In this document: positions 29,814 through 38,652 of the stretch, in pieces
How positions within the stretch are numbered: position 1 is the stretch's first letter
Layout of the letters: each line of letters starts with the position of its first letter
Assembly: GCA_052437175.1 (NCBI GenBank)
Contig: JBQVOK010000005.1
Location: forward strand, 28,224 to 92,223
Length of the DNA: 64,000 nt
Direction of reading: 5' to 3'
DNA from: Flavobacteriales bacterium
GTDB taxonomy: Bacteria > Bacteroidota > Bacteroidia > CAIKAF01
Made by a program: the position numbers and the translations under genes
The notes under the pieces: model-generated
The model's database searches: none
What the model was told of the DNA's origin: nothing
The model's input: the letters and a program-made list of their open reading frames with translations, nothing else

Positions 29814-29847
29814 AAAGGCCTTTTCCAGCGGGAGAAGGCCTTTTTTT
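29814..29847. terminator. Terminator between convergent genes
   Basis: AAAGGCCTTTTCC-AGCG-GGAGAAGGCCTTT with T run. Confidence 0.8.
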
Positions 29848-30190
29848 ATTCCGGCAGGCGGTAGGCTGCAAAGTCGGCTTCTTCTTTCACAAAACGAGGG
29901 TCGAGCTGCAGCAGGCGGTCGGCTTCGTGCAGGCAGTCCTGCTGCTCGTCGCCCAGGATAAAGACAAGGTCGTAGGGATCTTTCGAAAGGGTAAATGTAC
30001 CCATACGGCTGTGCACGGTAAAAAGCAGTTCGTTCAGCAGGACCAGTTCCGTTTTAATCACTTCGGGCTGCAAGGGCGCCAGTACGTCGAACAGTGTTTC
30101 CATAAAGGCCTCGAAGCCGCCTTCGGCATAAAACTCCAGCAGCAGCGTATCGCCGCCGTAAACAGGTCTGAAAAGATAGGTGTATGGCAT
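29846..30190 (-). CDS. Hypothetical protein
   Basis: 114 aa ORF starting 3 nt after the alkZ-like stop; globular composition. Confidence 0.7.
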   Translation of the reverse strand: MPYTYLFRPVYGGDTLLLEFYAEGGFEAFMETLFDVLAPLQPEVIKTELVLLNELLFTVHSRMGTFTLSKDPYDLVFILGDEQQDCLHEADRLLQLDPRFVKEEADFAAYRLPE

Positions 30191-30193
30191 AAT

Positions 30194-31252
30194 TCAGGAA
30201 TGTAAAAAGGTATGATAAGCCTTTTCTGCGGCCTGCAGCAGGCTTTTTTTCAGGTTGTACTTTGAGGCAAAGAAATGATAGTCCATTTCGGTATGCGTCT
30301 TTTTGCGCGTACGTGTCCAGGTGCCGTGGGCCTGTCCTTTGTGCAGGATAAGCGGCCGGAAGAGGCCGTTCTCCGTGATCACCGCGCGGGTATGGGCTTC
30401 GGGCAGGACCAGTGCACGCTTCTTATACGCGATCAGGTATTCGTCAAAAGCTGGTAACAGCAGTGTATCTGCCGCTGTGTTTGTTGCATACGGAGCGCTC
30501 TCCGTAAAGAAATAGCTTTCGTTCCCGAACGGCACTTCGTGTAGTTGCTTCTGTACCGATCGCAGGCCTTTGCGGGCTTCGGTAAGGGGTAGGCCGGACC
30601 ACCAGCTGAAATCGGCCAGGGTAGCCGGACCGTGACTGCTGAAATAGCGCAGGCAGAGCCGTGCCAGGGCTTCTTCGCGGCTGAGGGGTGTTTGTGCCGG
30701 CACCCGTTGTTCCAGCAGGGCATAGGTGTTGTGCTTAGCGCGGGGAATACCGCTGCAGATCAGTCCGTCCAGTTCTGCCCGGAAGAACAGGTGCAAGAGG
30801 CGCAGTCCGCTCAGGGCAATGCCGTTCTGTTCCAGTTCCGGGGCCAGTTCTTCACGGGTCAGGTGCCGGCCGCCGGCGAGTGCATTGCCCAGGATATCGT
30901 TGCTTTTCCGAAAGGTGGCTTCGTCCAGTTCCAGTTTGCGCAGGGCAGAAGCAATTCCGCTGTTAATGTGCGGAGCGCTCAGTTGCAGCATCCAGCGGAT
31001 ATCGGCGGCGTGTACCAGGTGCCAGGTGGGGCGCAGTACGTGGGTACGCAGGATAAGGCCATCGTCCAGGGCCTGCTGTACAAGCGATTCTGTACTTCCG
31101 GGCAAACGTATGCCTACGGCCCAGAGCGCCATGTTGTAATCCTGGGCCTGTATGGCACCCATGTGGGCCACCACCTCGGCGGGCCCTGAAAAAACAGGAG
31201 CGTCGAGGGCCTGGTTGCGCAGCCGCAGCGCACATAGTTCAGAAGCAGTCAT
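30194..31252 (-). CDS. AlkZ/HTH_42 family winged-helix DNA glycosylase
   Basis: GAIQAQD (QxQ motif), RTHVLRPTWHLV, RYFSSHGPATLADFSWWSGL, LLPAFDEYLIAY. Confidence 0.9.
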   Translation of the reverse strand: MTASELCALRLRNQALDAPVFSGPAEVVAHMGAIQAQDYNMALWAVGIRLPGSTESLVQQALDDGLILRTHVLRPTWHLVHAADIRWMLQLSAPHINSGIASALRKLELDEATFRKSNDILGNALAGGRHLTREELAPELEQNGIALSGLRLLHLFFRAELDGLICSGIPRAKHNTYALLEQRVPAQTPLSREEALARLCLRYFSSHGPATLADFSWWSGLPLTEARKGLRSVQKQLHEVPFGNESYFFTESAPYATNTAADTLLLPAFDEYLIAYKKRALVLPEAHTRAVITENGLFRPLILHKGQAHGTWTRTRKKTHTEMDYHFFASKYNLKKSLLQAAEKAYHTFLHS

Positions 31253-31369
31253 CAGCCCCGAAGGTACTAAATTCTGAAATGTATGTTAAAATGCCCGTTT
31301 TCATGGGTTTATACGGCCTCAGCGAACAGGAGAATGATGCTTTTGTAACATTGTTTGCCCGAAAACGTC

Positions 31370-31377
31370 TAACTTTG
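31370..31377 (+). promoter_or_regulatory. -7 promoter element of the mevalonate operon
   Basis: TAACTTTG 21 nt upstream of ATG 31399. Confidence 0.6.
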
Positions 31378-31398
31378 CGTTTTAAAAACCGCACATTC

Positions 31399-32754
31399 AT
31401 GACGGATACAAATGATATAAGCCGCATTGCCAACGGGTTTTCGAAGTTGAGCAAGGCTGAAAAACTGAAGGCTACGGCCTCTATTTTTCCGGATGCAGCC
31501 CGGGTGGAAGCAGAAATGAACTCCTTTAACCATCCCGATGCCGCCAAGCAGAAAATTTTTGATGAATTCTCCGAGAATACCATCACCAACTATTATTTCC
31601 CCTACGGTGTGGTGCCCAATGTGATCATTAACGGCAAAAGTTACATGATGCCCATGGTGATCGAAGAGAGCAGCGTAGTGGCGGCCGCTTCCAAAAGCGC
31701 CAAATTCTGGAGTACCCGCGGCGGATTTCATGCCGAGATCGTGGATACCCGCAAGCTGGGCCAGGTACATTTTATCTGGAACGGCGATAAGCAAAAGCTG
31801 ATCGATGCGTTCCCGGCCCTGAAGGCCGAACTCATGGAGCAGACCCAGCATATTACCGCCAATATGCAAAAGCGCGGCGGCGGTATACTGGACGTAGAAC
31901 TGGTGGACATGACCGCTTATGAGCCCGGTTATTACCAGCTGAAGGCCTCTTTTGAGACCTGCGACAGCATGGGCGCCAACTTCATCAATTCCTGCCTGGA
32001 AGAGTTTGCTTCTATCCTGCGCAATTTCTGCGAAGACCGCGAAGATTTCAGTGGCAGCGAAAAACAGGCAGACGTGATCATGAGTATCCTGAGCAATTAC
32101 ACGCCCGACTGCCTGGTGCGCGTGTGGGTAGAATGCCCCATCGAAGAGCTGGGTACGTTCGAGGACGGTAAGATCAGTGCCGACGAATTTGCCCGAAAGT
32201 TTGCCATGGCCGTGAAAGTGGCTACGGTGGATACGTACCGCGCCACCACGCATAACAAAGGCATCTACAACGGTATCGACTCGCTGGTGCTGGCCACCGG
32301 TAACGATTTCCGTGCGGTGGAAGCGGCCGGGCACACCTATGCTTCGCGCAGCGGGAAATATTCGTCACTCACCTATATCGATCTCAGTAACAATACGTTT
32401 AAATACGTGCTGGAAGTGCCTATGGCCCTGGGTGTAGTAGGCGGTTTAACGGCCCTGCACCCCATGGCGCGCCGTTCCATCGAAATGTTAGGCAATCCCG
32501 ATGCCCGCGAGCTGATGATGATCGCGGCCACCGCCGGTCTGGCCAATAACTTCGGTGCCCTGCACTCGCTTACCACCAGCGGCATTCAGAAAGGACACAT
32601 GAAAATGCACCTGCTGAACATCCTGAACCATTTTGAGGCCAGCGAGACCGAAAAAGTGGACGCCGTAGAGTATTTTAAGCATAATAAAGTGTCATTCAAT
32701 TCGGTACGCAGCTTCCTGATCGCCTACCGCGAAAATATTCTAAACCACGGATAG
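31399..32754 (+). CDS. mvaA: Hydroxymethylglutaryl-CoA reductase, class II
   Basis: PMVIEESSVVAAAS, DSMGANFIN, RATTHNKGI, ATGNDFRAVEA, GIQKGHMKMH. Confidence 0.94.
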   Translation: MTDTNDISRIANGFSKLSKAEKLKATASIFPDAARVEAEMNSFNHPDAAKQKIFDEFSENTITNYYFPYGVVPNVIINGKSYMMPMVIEESSVVAAASKSAKFWSTRGGFHAEIVDTRKLGQVHFIWNGDKQKLIDAFPALKAELMEQTQHITANMQKRGGGILDVELVDMTAYEPGYYQLKASFETCDSMGANFINSCLEEFASILRNFCEDREDFSGSEKQADVIMSILSNYTPDCLVRVWVECPIEELGTFEDGKISADEFARKFAMAVKVATVDTYRATTHNKGIYNGIDSLVLATGNDFRAVEAAGHTYASRSGKYSSLTYIDLSNNTFKYVLEVPMALGVVGGLTALHPMARRSIEMLGNPDARELMMIAATAGLANNFGALHSLTTSGIQKGHMKMHLLNILNHFEASETEKVDAVEYFKHNKVSFNSVRSFLIAYRENILNHG

Positions 32755-32757
32755 CTG

Positions 32758-33669
32758 ATGGAATACCGCGCCCACGGCAAATTTTTACTCAGCGGCGAAT
32801 ACATGGTGCTGAAAGGTGCCAAAGCCCTGGCCCTGCCCCTGAAATACGGGCAGCGCATGCAGGTAAGCGATATCGCCTACGAAGGCTGCCGCTGGTACAG
32901 TGCCGAAAAAGGCAATGCCTGGTTCGAGGCCACACTGGACAGCAGCCTGTGCGTTATAAGCACCAACCTGCCGGCCATTGGCGACCGCCTGGACGGAATT
33001 ATGGCTTCCATACTGCGTCAGCGGCCGGAGGCAGCAAATATGTTCCGGGGGAAAGAATTCCGTTTCGATACCGATTTTGACCGCGACTGGGGACTGGGCA
33101 CCAGCAGCACCCTGCTGGCCCTGCTGGCAGAATATGCCGGAGCAGATCCCTACCGGCTGCTGGCCGATACCTTTGGCGGCAGCGGGTACGACCTGGCCTG
33201 TGCCATTGCTTCGGGGCCGCTGTTCTTTACCCGCCGGGAAGGAACGCCCCTGGTAGAACCCGCGCCTTTCGATCCGCCGTTCAAGGAACAGATCTTTTTC
33301 GTGTACCTGGGCAACAAGCAGAACAGTTCGGCCGAAGTCAAAAAATTCTTTAAAGAAGCCCGGATCAGCGATGCCGATATACGGCGCATCAGCGAACTGG
33401 CAGAGGCTTTCTGCTCGGCGTCCACGCCCCGCGAACTGGCTGCCTTCATGAAGGAGCACGAACAGATCATGAGCCGTATACTGCAGACACAGACCGTACA
33501 GGAAAAATACTTCCCCGATTTTGCCGGCGCCGTAAAAAGTATGGGCGCCTGGGGCGGAGATTTTGTAATGGTAGTGTCTGAAAATGAGGAGAAAGTGACC
33601 CGGAAATATTTTTTTGACAAGGGCTTTGTAACAATTTTGGGGTACTCAAACGTCTTATTGCGAGATTAA
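32758..33669 (+). CDS. GYDIA-family GHMP kinase, probable phosphomevalonate kinase
   Basis: HGKFLLSGEY, WGLGTSSTL, GGSGYDLACA, KSMGAWGGDF; fills the remaining step in the mevalonate operon. Confidence 0.85.
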   Translation: MEYRAHGKFLLSGEYMVLKGAKALALPLKYGQRMQVSDIAYEGCRWYSAEKGNAWFEATLDSSLCVISTNLPAIGDRLDGIMASILRQRPEAANMFRGKEFRFDTDFDRDWGLGTSSTLLALLAEYAGADPYRLLADTFGGSGYDLACAIASGPLFFTRREGTPLVEPAPFDPPFKEQIFFVYLGNKQNSSAEVKKFFKEARISDADIRRISELAEAFCSASTPRELAAFMKEHEQIMSRILQTQTVQEKYFPDFAGAVKSMGAWGGDFVMVVSENEEKVTRKYFFDKGFVTILGYSNVLLRD

Positions 33670-33670
33670 C

Positions 33671-34753
33671 ATGAACGCACAAACACAAACATACCCGGAA
33701 ACACTTCCGGCTGAATTTGCAAACGGCCACACGGCATGGACCAGTCCGTCGAACATTGCCCTGGTTAAATACTGGGGAAAATACGATAACCAGATCCCTG
33801 CCAATCCCTCGATCAGTATTACGCTTTCGGCATGCCATACCAAAACGGAAATGGAATGGTCGGCAGCGGAGAACGGTCCCGAAGTAGAATTTTATTTCGA
33901 AGGAAAGGTCAACGAAGCGTTCGGTAACAAGATCAAAAAGTTCCTGGAGAGTCAGCTGCCCCAGCGTCCCTACCTGTCGGGCATGCGCTTCCGCCTGGAA
34001 TCTGAAAATACATTCCCGCATTCAGCCGGTATTGCCTCTTCGGCAAGCGGCATGAGTGCATTCTGCATGTGCCTGGTAGAAATGGAGCGCCGTGTATTCG
34101 GCCTGCATACCGACGATGTTTCTTTTTACCGTGAAGCCAGCGTTCTTTCGCGCCTGGCCAGCGGCAGCGCCAGCCGTTCCGTATACGGCGGACTGGTAAG
34201 CTGGGGAGCCATCGATGCCCTGCCCGAAACATCGGACCTGTTTGCCAGCAAGTATGAAGGTAAGGTTCATCCCGATTTTCAGAACCTGCAGGATTCCATC
34301 ATTATCTGCGACCGCGGCGAAAAGAGCGTAAGTTCACGTGCCGGCCACGGACTGATGAAGACCAATCCCTACGCCACACGCCGTTTTGAGCACGCCCGTG
34401 AGAACATGGACGCCCTGCTGCAGGCTATCGGCGAAGGCAATTTTAACCGCTTTGCCGAACTGGTAGAGAACGAAGCACTCACCCTGCACGGCATGATGAT
34501 GATGAGCTATCCCTGGTTCATCCTGATGAAGCCCAAAACCCTGGAACTGCTGGATATTATGAAACAGTACCGCGAACAGCACGGAATACGCATGTGTTTT
34601 ACGCTGGACGCCGGTCCGAACATACACCTGATCTACCCCGAAAGCGAGAAGGAGAAGGTACACACATTCCTGAATAACGAAATAGCTAAACATTTACCCG
34701 AAAATTCCATTATCTTTGATAAAGAAGGGAATGGCCCGGTAAAACTGAAATAA
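33671..34753 (+). CDS. mvaD: Diphosphomevalonate decarboxylase
   Basis: SPSNIALVKYWGK, FPHSAGIASSASG, RLASGSASRS, FTLDAGPNIH. Confidence 0.95.
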   Translation: MNAQTQTYPETLPAEFANGHTAWTSPSNIALVKYWGKYDNQIPANPSISITLSACHTKTEMEWSAAENGPEVEFYFEGKVNEAFGNKIKKFLESQLPQRPYLSGMRFRLESENTFPHSAGIASSASGMSAFCMCLVEMERRVFGLHTDDVSFYREASVLSRLASGSASRSVYGGLVSWGAIDALPETSDLFASKYEGKVHPDFQNLQDSIIICDRGEKSVSSRAGHGLMKTNPYATRRFEHARENMDALLQAIGEGNFNRFAELVENEALTLHGMMMMSYPWFILMKPKTLELLDIMKQYREQHGIRMCFTLDAGPNIHLIYPESEKEKVHTFLNNEIAKHLPENSIIFDKEGNGPVKLK

Positions 34754-34759
34754 CCCGAA

Positions 34760-35704
34760 ATGGCAAACAAAAACTTCAAATCAAAGATTTTGTTGTTTGG
34801 TGAGTACAGCATCATTCATAACTCGATGGGGCTCACGATTCCCTTTGATTTTTACAAGGGCAAGCTTACATTCAAGAGCCGCAACCTGTCTGAGGAAGAG
34901 GCCAAACAGAGCAATGCCGATCTGAAAAAGTACGCGGCATACCTGCAGGGACTGGTAGAAAAGAAAGAGCTGGGTTTTACCTTCGATATTGAAGCGCTGA
35001 ATGCCGATATTGAAAAGGGCCTGATCTTCGACAGTACCATTCCGCAGGGCTATGGTGTAGGCAGCAGCGGCGCCCTGGTGGCGGCCCTGTACGAGCGTTA
35101 TGCCTTTGATAAAGTGTACAACGAAGAAAAACCGGGCACGGACGATATACTGAAACTGAAAGCCCAGTTTGCCAAAATGGAATGTTATTTCCACGGTACC
35201 AGCAGTGGTCTGGACCCGCTTATCTGTTACCTGCAGCACCCCCTGCTCATCGAGAATAAGGAGGCCATCGGTGCGGTACAGATCCCCGAGAGCGTAAAGA
35301 CCGGCAACGGCGGCATATTCCTCATCGATACCAAACAGGTGGGAAAAACCGGTCCGCTGGTACAGCTGTTCCTCGATAAATGTAAGGAAGACGGTTTCCT
35401 GGGCCTGGTGCGCAAGGAAATGATCCCTTTCAACGATAACTGTATTAAAGCGTTCCTGAAAGGCGAGGCCAAAGACCTGCTGAGCAATGTAAAAGAGCTC
35501 TCGCACTTCCTGATCGCCCACCTGGACCCGATGATCCCCAAAAAGTTCCGTAAAGTATGGAAACAGGGTCTGGAAAGTGAAAGTTACTACCTGAAACTCT
35601 GCGGAAGCGGCGGTGGCGGTTACCTGCTGGGCTTTGCCCCGGACCTGGAAAAGGCCCGCGCCGACCTGAAAGAGTTCAATATAGAGGTAATACATCGGTT
35701 TTAA
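34760..35704 (+). CDS. mvk: Mevalonate kinase
   Basis: SKILLFGEYS, IPQGYGVGSSGALVAA, FHGTSSGLDP, KLCGSGGGG. Confidence 0.9.
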   Translation: MANKNFKSKILLFGEYSIIHNSMGLTIPFDFYKGKLTFKSRNLSEEEAKQSNADLKKYAAYLQGLVEKKELGFTFDIEALNADIEKGLIFDSTIPQGYGVGSSGALVAALYERYAFDKVYNEEKPGTDDILKLKAQFAKMECYFHGTSSGLDPLICYLQHPLLIENKEAIGAVQIPESVKTGNGGIFLIDTKQVGKTGPLVQLFLDKCKEDGFLGLVRKEMIPFNDNCIKAFLKGEAKDLLSNVKELSHFLIAHLDPMIPKKFRKVWKQGLESESYYLKLCGSGGGGYLLGFAPDLEKARADLKEFNIEVIHRF

Positions 35705-35720
35705 ATAAATAATAGCAAAG

Positions 35721-35746
35721 AAGGCTTCCGCAAGGGGGCCTTTTTT
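35721..35746 (+). terminator. Terminator after the mevalonate operon
   Basis: AAGGCTTCC-GCAA-GGGGGCCTT then T run. Confidence 0.85.
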
Positions 35747-35796
35747 GTTCCGTGCTTTTCAAAAAAATACCTAACTTTATAGACAAATCAGTATCC

Positions 35797-36177
35797 ATGT
35801 CTAAGAAAGGACAGTACCGGGGAATTCTTACAGGCAAGAAGTTTATGCATAAAATACGTCTCAGACTATACATCTGGTCTGAAGACAAGGTATTCTTTGT
35901 GTATGCGCCGGCTCTTGACCTTACCGGTTATGGCAATACGGAGACGGAAGCAAAGGATTCTTTCACACATATATTGCAGGAAACTGTTTCCTACATGGAA
36001 AATAAAGATACGCTCTTTGACGAACTGGAACGTCTGGGATGGACCACCAATCGTGCCAAGAGACGTGTAAAAGCCCCGGATATAAAAGAGATGAAGGAAG
36101 ATAACGAAGAGTTCAGGATCATATCTTCCAAACCTAATGTAAAAACCATCAATGAGTCCCTGGAGCTTGCTATCTGA
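35797..36177 (+). CDS. hicB: HicB-like antitoxin
   Basis: YIWSEDKVFFVYAPALDLTGYGNTETEAKDSF matches the HicB N-terminal partial RNase H pattern. Confidence 0.72.
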   Translation: MSKKGQYRGILTGKKFMHKIRLRLYIWSEDKVFFVYAPALDLTGYGNTETEAKDSFTHILQETVSYMENKDTLFDELERLGWTTNRAKRRVKAPDIKEMKEDNEEFRIISSKPNVKTINESLELAI

Positions 36178-36479
36178 TGACAGTAAGACATTTACGGAAT
36201 ATTTCTTTATCCACCTTTGAGTCTTTCCTTGAACTGGCTCAGTGTAAATGTATGGGTGTCAATAGCGGACATGTGAAATATACACGGGCAGACCTGCTAA
36301 GACCGGTGATCATACAGACACATATAGATCCTGTACCTGAATTTATTATCAGGAACGCCCTGAGATCAATACAGGTCTCTAAAAACGATTTTTACGATAT
36401 ACTGGATGGGAAAAAAGTTGTGGTAAAGAAAGGGAGCGGGTATTCGATCGTGGAACAACCCGGCCCGAAAAATCACTAA
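36177..36479 (+). CDS. hicA: HicA-like mRNA interferase toxin
   Basis: dsRBD-like pattern FLELAQCK...SGHVKYTR...RPVIIQTH...IIRNALR; TGATG coupling to the upstream gene. Confidence 0.72.
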   Translation: MTVRHLRNISLSTFESFLELAQCKCMGVNSGHVKYTRADLLRPVIIQTHIDPVPEFIIRNALRSIQVSKNDFYDILDGKKVVVKKGSGYSIVEQPGPKNH

Positions 36480-36535
36480 TTTTGTTAGAAGGCACCGTTG
36501 GAATTTTGACGATCTTTGAGCAAAATTTTTAGTTT

Positions 36536-36841
36536 ATGTACACACTGAAAACGGCTGACGGCCGCTTTAGGACCATAGCCCTTATCGAAAGTCTTTCCTT
36601 TTTATTCCTGCTCTTTGTAGCCATGCCCCTGAAGTACGGCGCCGGGATGCCCCTTTTTGTAAAATACACCGGCTGGGCACACGGACTGCTGTTCATCCTG
36701 TACTTCTTTATGCTGATCGACGTGTATATCAGCGATCGCTGGCCCCTGAAACAGGCCTTTCTGGCCGCACTGGCCTCGGTTCTGCCTTTCGGCTGCTTTA
36801 TTTTTGAGAGATTCTGGCGCAGCAAACAGTCTGCCGCATAG
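36536..36841 (+). CDS. DUF3817-like small membrane protein
   Basis: FRTIALIESLSFLFLLFVAMPLKY, GWAHGLLFILY, ASVLPFG. Confidence 0.88.
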   Translation: MYTLKTADGRFRTIALIESLSFLFLLFVAMPLKYGAGMPLFVKYTGWAHGLLFILYFFMLIDVYISDRWPLKQAFLAALASVLPFGCFIFERFWRSKQSAA

Positions 36842-36860
36842 TTCACAGATACGTATAAAG

Positions 36861-36897
36861 AAAAAGACCGCCTTGCTGAAAACGAGACGGTCTTTTT
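36861..36897. terminator. Bidirectional terminator
   Basis: AAAAAGACCG...CGGTCTTTTT between convergent genes. Confidence 0.8.
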
Positions 36898-36918
36898 CTA
36901 TGTATATATTCTGGTGTC

Positions 36919-37617
36919 TTATTTTCTTCCGCCGAGAATACGCAGCAGGAACAGGAAAATATTCACAAAGTCGAGGTACAGGGTAAGCGCGCCGAAGATG
37001 GAACCTTTGCGTGCGCTCTCTTCGTCCAGGGCCAGGGCCATGTGCTTCAGCTTCTGGTTATCGTAGGCGGTAAGGCCCAGGAATACGGCCAGTCCCACAT
37101 AGGTAATGATCCAGGTAAGTGTGTCAGAATGCAGGAAAAGGTTCACCAGGGAAGCGATCACCACCCCGATAAGGCCTACGATAAGCAGGGACCCAAGCGA
37201 AGTAAGGTCCCGTTTGGTAAAATACCCGATGGCGGCCATACTGCCGAAAAGGCCGGCGGTACACAAAAAGGTAATGCCTATGGTCTGCTGGCTGTATACC
37301 ATAAAAAGTCCGCCGAAAGTAAGTCCGGTAATGCCGGCGTAGAGCATAAACAGGCCAATGGCCACGGGATAGCTTATTTTATGCAGCAGGCGCCCGATGC
37401 CTACCACCAGGCCCAGCTGTGCCAGTATCAGCACCCAGAAGGCCAGTTTATTGCCGTAAATGAGCTGCATGGCCAGTGCGGAAGATGCGGTGAAATGCGC
37501 CACCAGCCCGGTCACGATAAGGGCAAGAAACATCCAGCCGTATACTTTAGACATAAAAGCAGCCTGCTTTTGTGCATCCACAACGGCTTCGGTTTCGTAA
37601 TAATAGGGAGTGTTCAT
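36919..37617 (-). CDS. Bax inhibitor-1/YccA family membrane protein
   Basis: FMSKVYGWM, TKRDLT, LTAYDNQKLK, GALTLYLDFVNIFLFLLRILG. Confidence 0.95.
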   Translation of the reverse strand: MNTPYYYETEAVVDAQKQAAFMSKVYGWMFLALIVTGLVAHFTASSALAMQLIYGNKLAFWVLILAQLGLVVGIGRLLHKISYPVAIGLFMLYAGITGLTFGGLFMVYSQQTIGITFLCTAGLFGSMAAIGYFTKRDLTSLGSLLIVGLIGVVIASLVNLFLHSDTLTWIITYVGLAVFLGLTAYDNQKLKHMALALDEESARKGSIFGALTLYLDFVNIFLFLLRILGGRK

Positions 37618-37651
37618 GAATAGATATTTGGTTTAAATATACGAAAAATAT

Positions 37652-38503
37652 TTATAAAGGCTTTTCGAAGGGCAGATGTTTCACACTTTCGAAGCGGGCA
37701 AAGGCAGCTTCCAGTGTAGGGTGCCTGAGCAGTTCCTCCAGGTCTTTCTCCGGGAAATAACCGTTGTCGATCCCTTCTTTGATAAATATAAAATTAAAAC
37801 CCAGCTCATTGGTGCCGATCAGTTTATAGCCCTTCTTTTTCCCGAGTTTTTTCATGGCTACGGGCGAGGCGCCGTGGTATACCGAATGCACGTCGTTGAA
37901 TTTGTTCTGTGCCTCGTAAGGCACCACGATATCGTTGTACCCGAATTCCACATGGGTCTCAATCACCACTACCTGGGGTTCTATTTCCGTAATGGCGTCC
38001 CAGATCCAGTAATCGTTACCGTCGATATCGATGGAAAGTACGCCTACTTTACCTTTCATATTGTTTTTCTGCAGCAGCTGGTTGATGTTCTCCCGCAGCA
38101 CAAAGCTGCATTCAAAGCGGGGCTTGGGAAACCAGGGATGCGGGTAACGGCCGTAGAAATAGCGTCCGCGGTCTATGGCACGGGCATTGGCGTCGATGAA
38201 AAGTCCGTTGAACCCGAAGTGAAAATAAAGATTGGCGCAGTTGCTGTTGACCCCGTCGTCGGAGCCGATCTCTACAAAAGACTTATGCTCCATACCGATA
38301 ACGGCAAAAATGAAGAGCAGCAGCCCATCTTCCTCGAACTGTGAAAAATTACGGAACCCGGTGTCTTTAAGCGGTATCTGCAGCCCGGCCTGTACCTTTT
38401 CGCGGTAGTACAAAAACAGTTGTCGCTGTTGTATCTGCACGGCCGAAGAGAGTTTATGCCGCTGCCACAGGATCTGGGCGTATTTTTTTATCCGGTTTTT
38501 CAT
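37652..38503 (-). CDS. FkbM-like SAM-dependent methyltransferase fold protein
   Basis: FSQFEEDG, FVEIGSDDG, ENIN, LSIDIDGNDYWIW, YHGAS. Confidence 0.75.
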   Translation of the reverse strand: MKNRIKKYAQILWQRHKLSSAVQIQQRQLFLYYREKVQAGLQIPLKDTGFRNFSQFEEDGLLLFIFAVIGMEHKSFVEIGSDDGVNSNCANLYFHFGFNGLFIDANARAIDRGRYFYGRYPHPWFPKPRFECSFVLRENINQLLQKNNMKGKVGVLSIDIDGNDYWIWDAITEIEPQVVVIETHVEFGYNDIVVPYEAQNKFNDVHSVYHGASPVAMKKLGKKKGYKLIGTNELGFNFIFIKEGIDNGYFPEKDLEELLRHPTLEAAFARFESVKHLPFEKPL

Positions 38504-38652
38504 CAGATCAAAAGTACTATTTTAAAATGTGAAGCAAAACCGGGCTGCCTGCCGGGGCTAATTCCGTGGCTGTCTTTAAACTAAATATAAACACCATGTG
38601 AAACGAATGCTAAAAATTTGTAGGTTTGATAGAAGCTAAACTTACCTTTTTT

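Noticed and set aside
35747-36535. hicBA region as a transposon or IS
   Set aside because: No transposase, integrase, terminal inverted repeats or target-site duplication visible.
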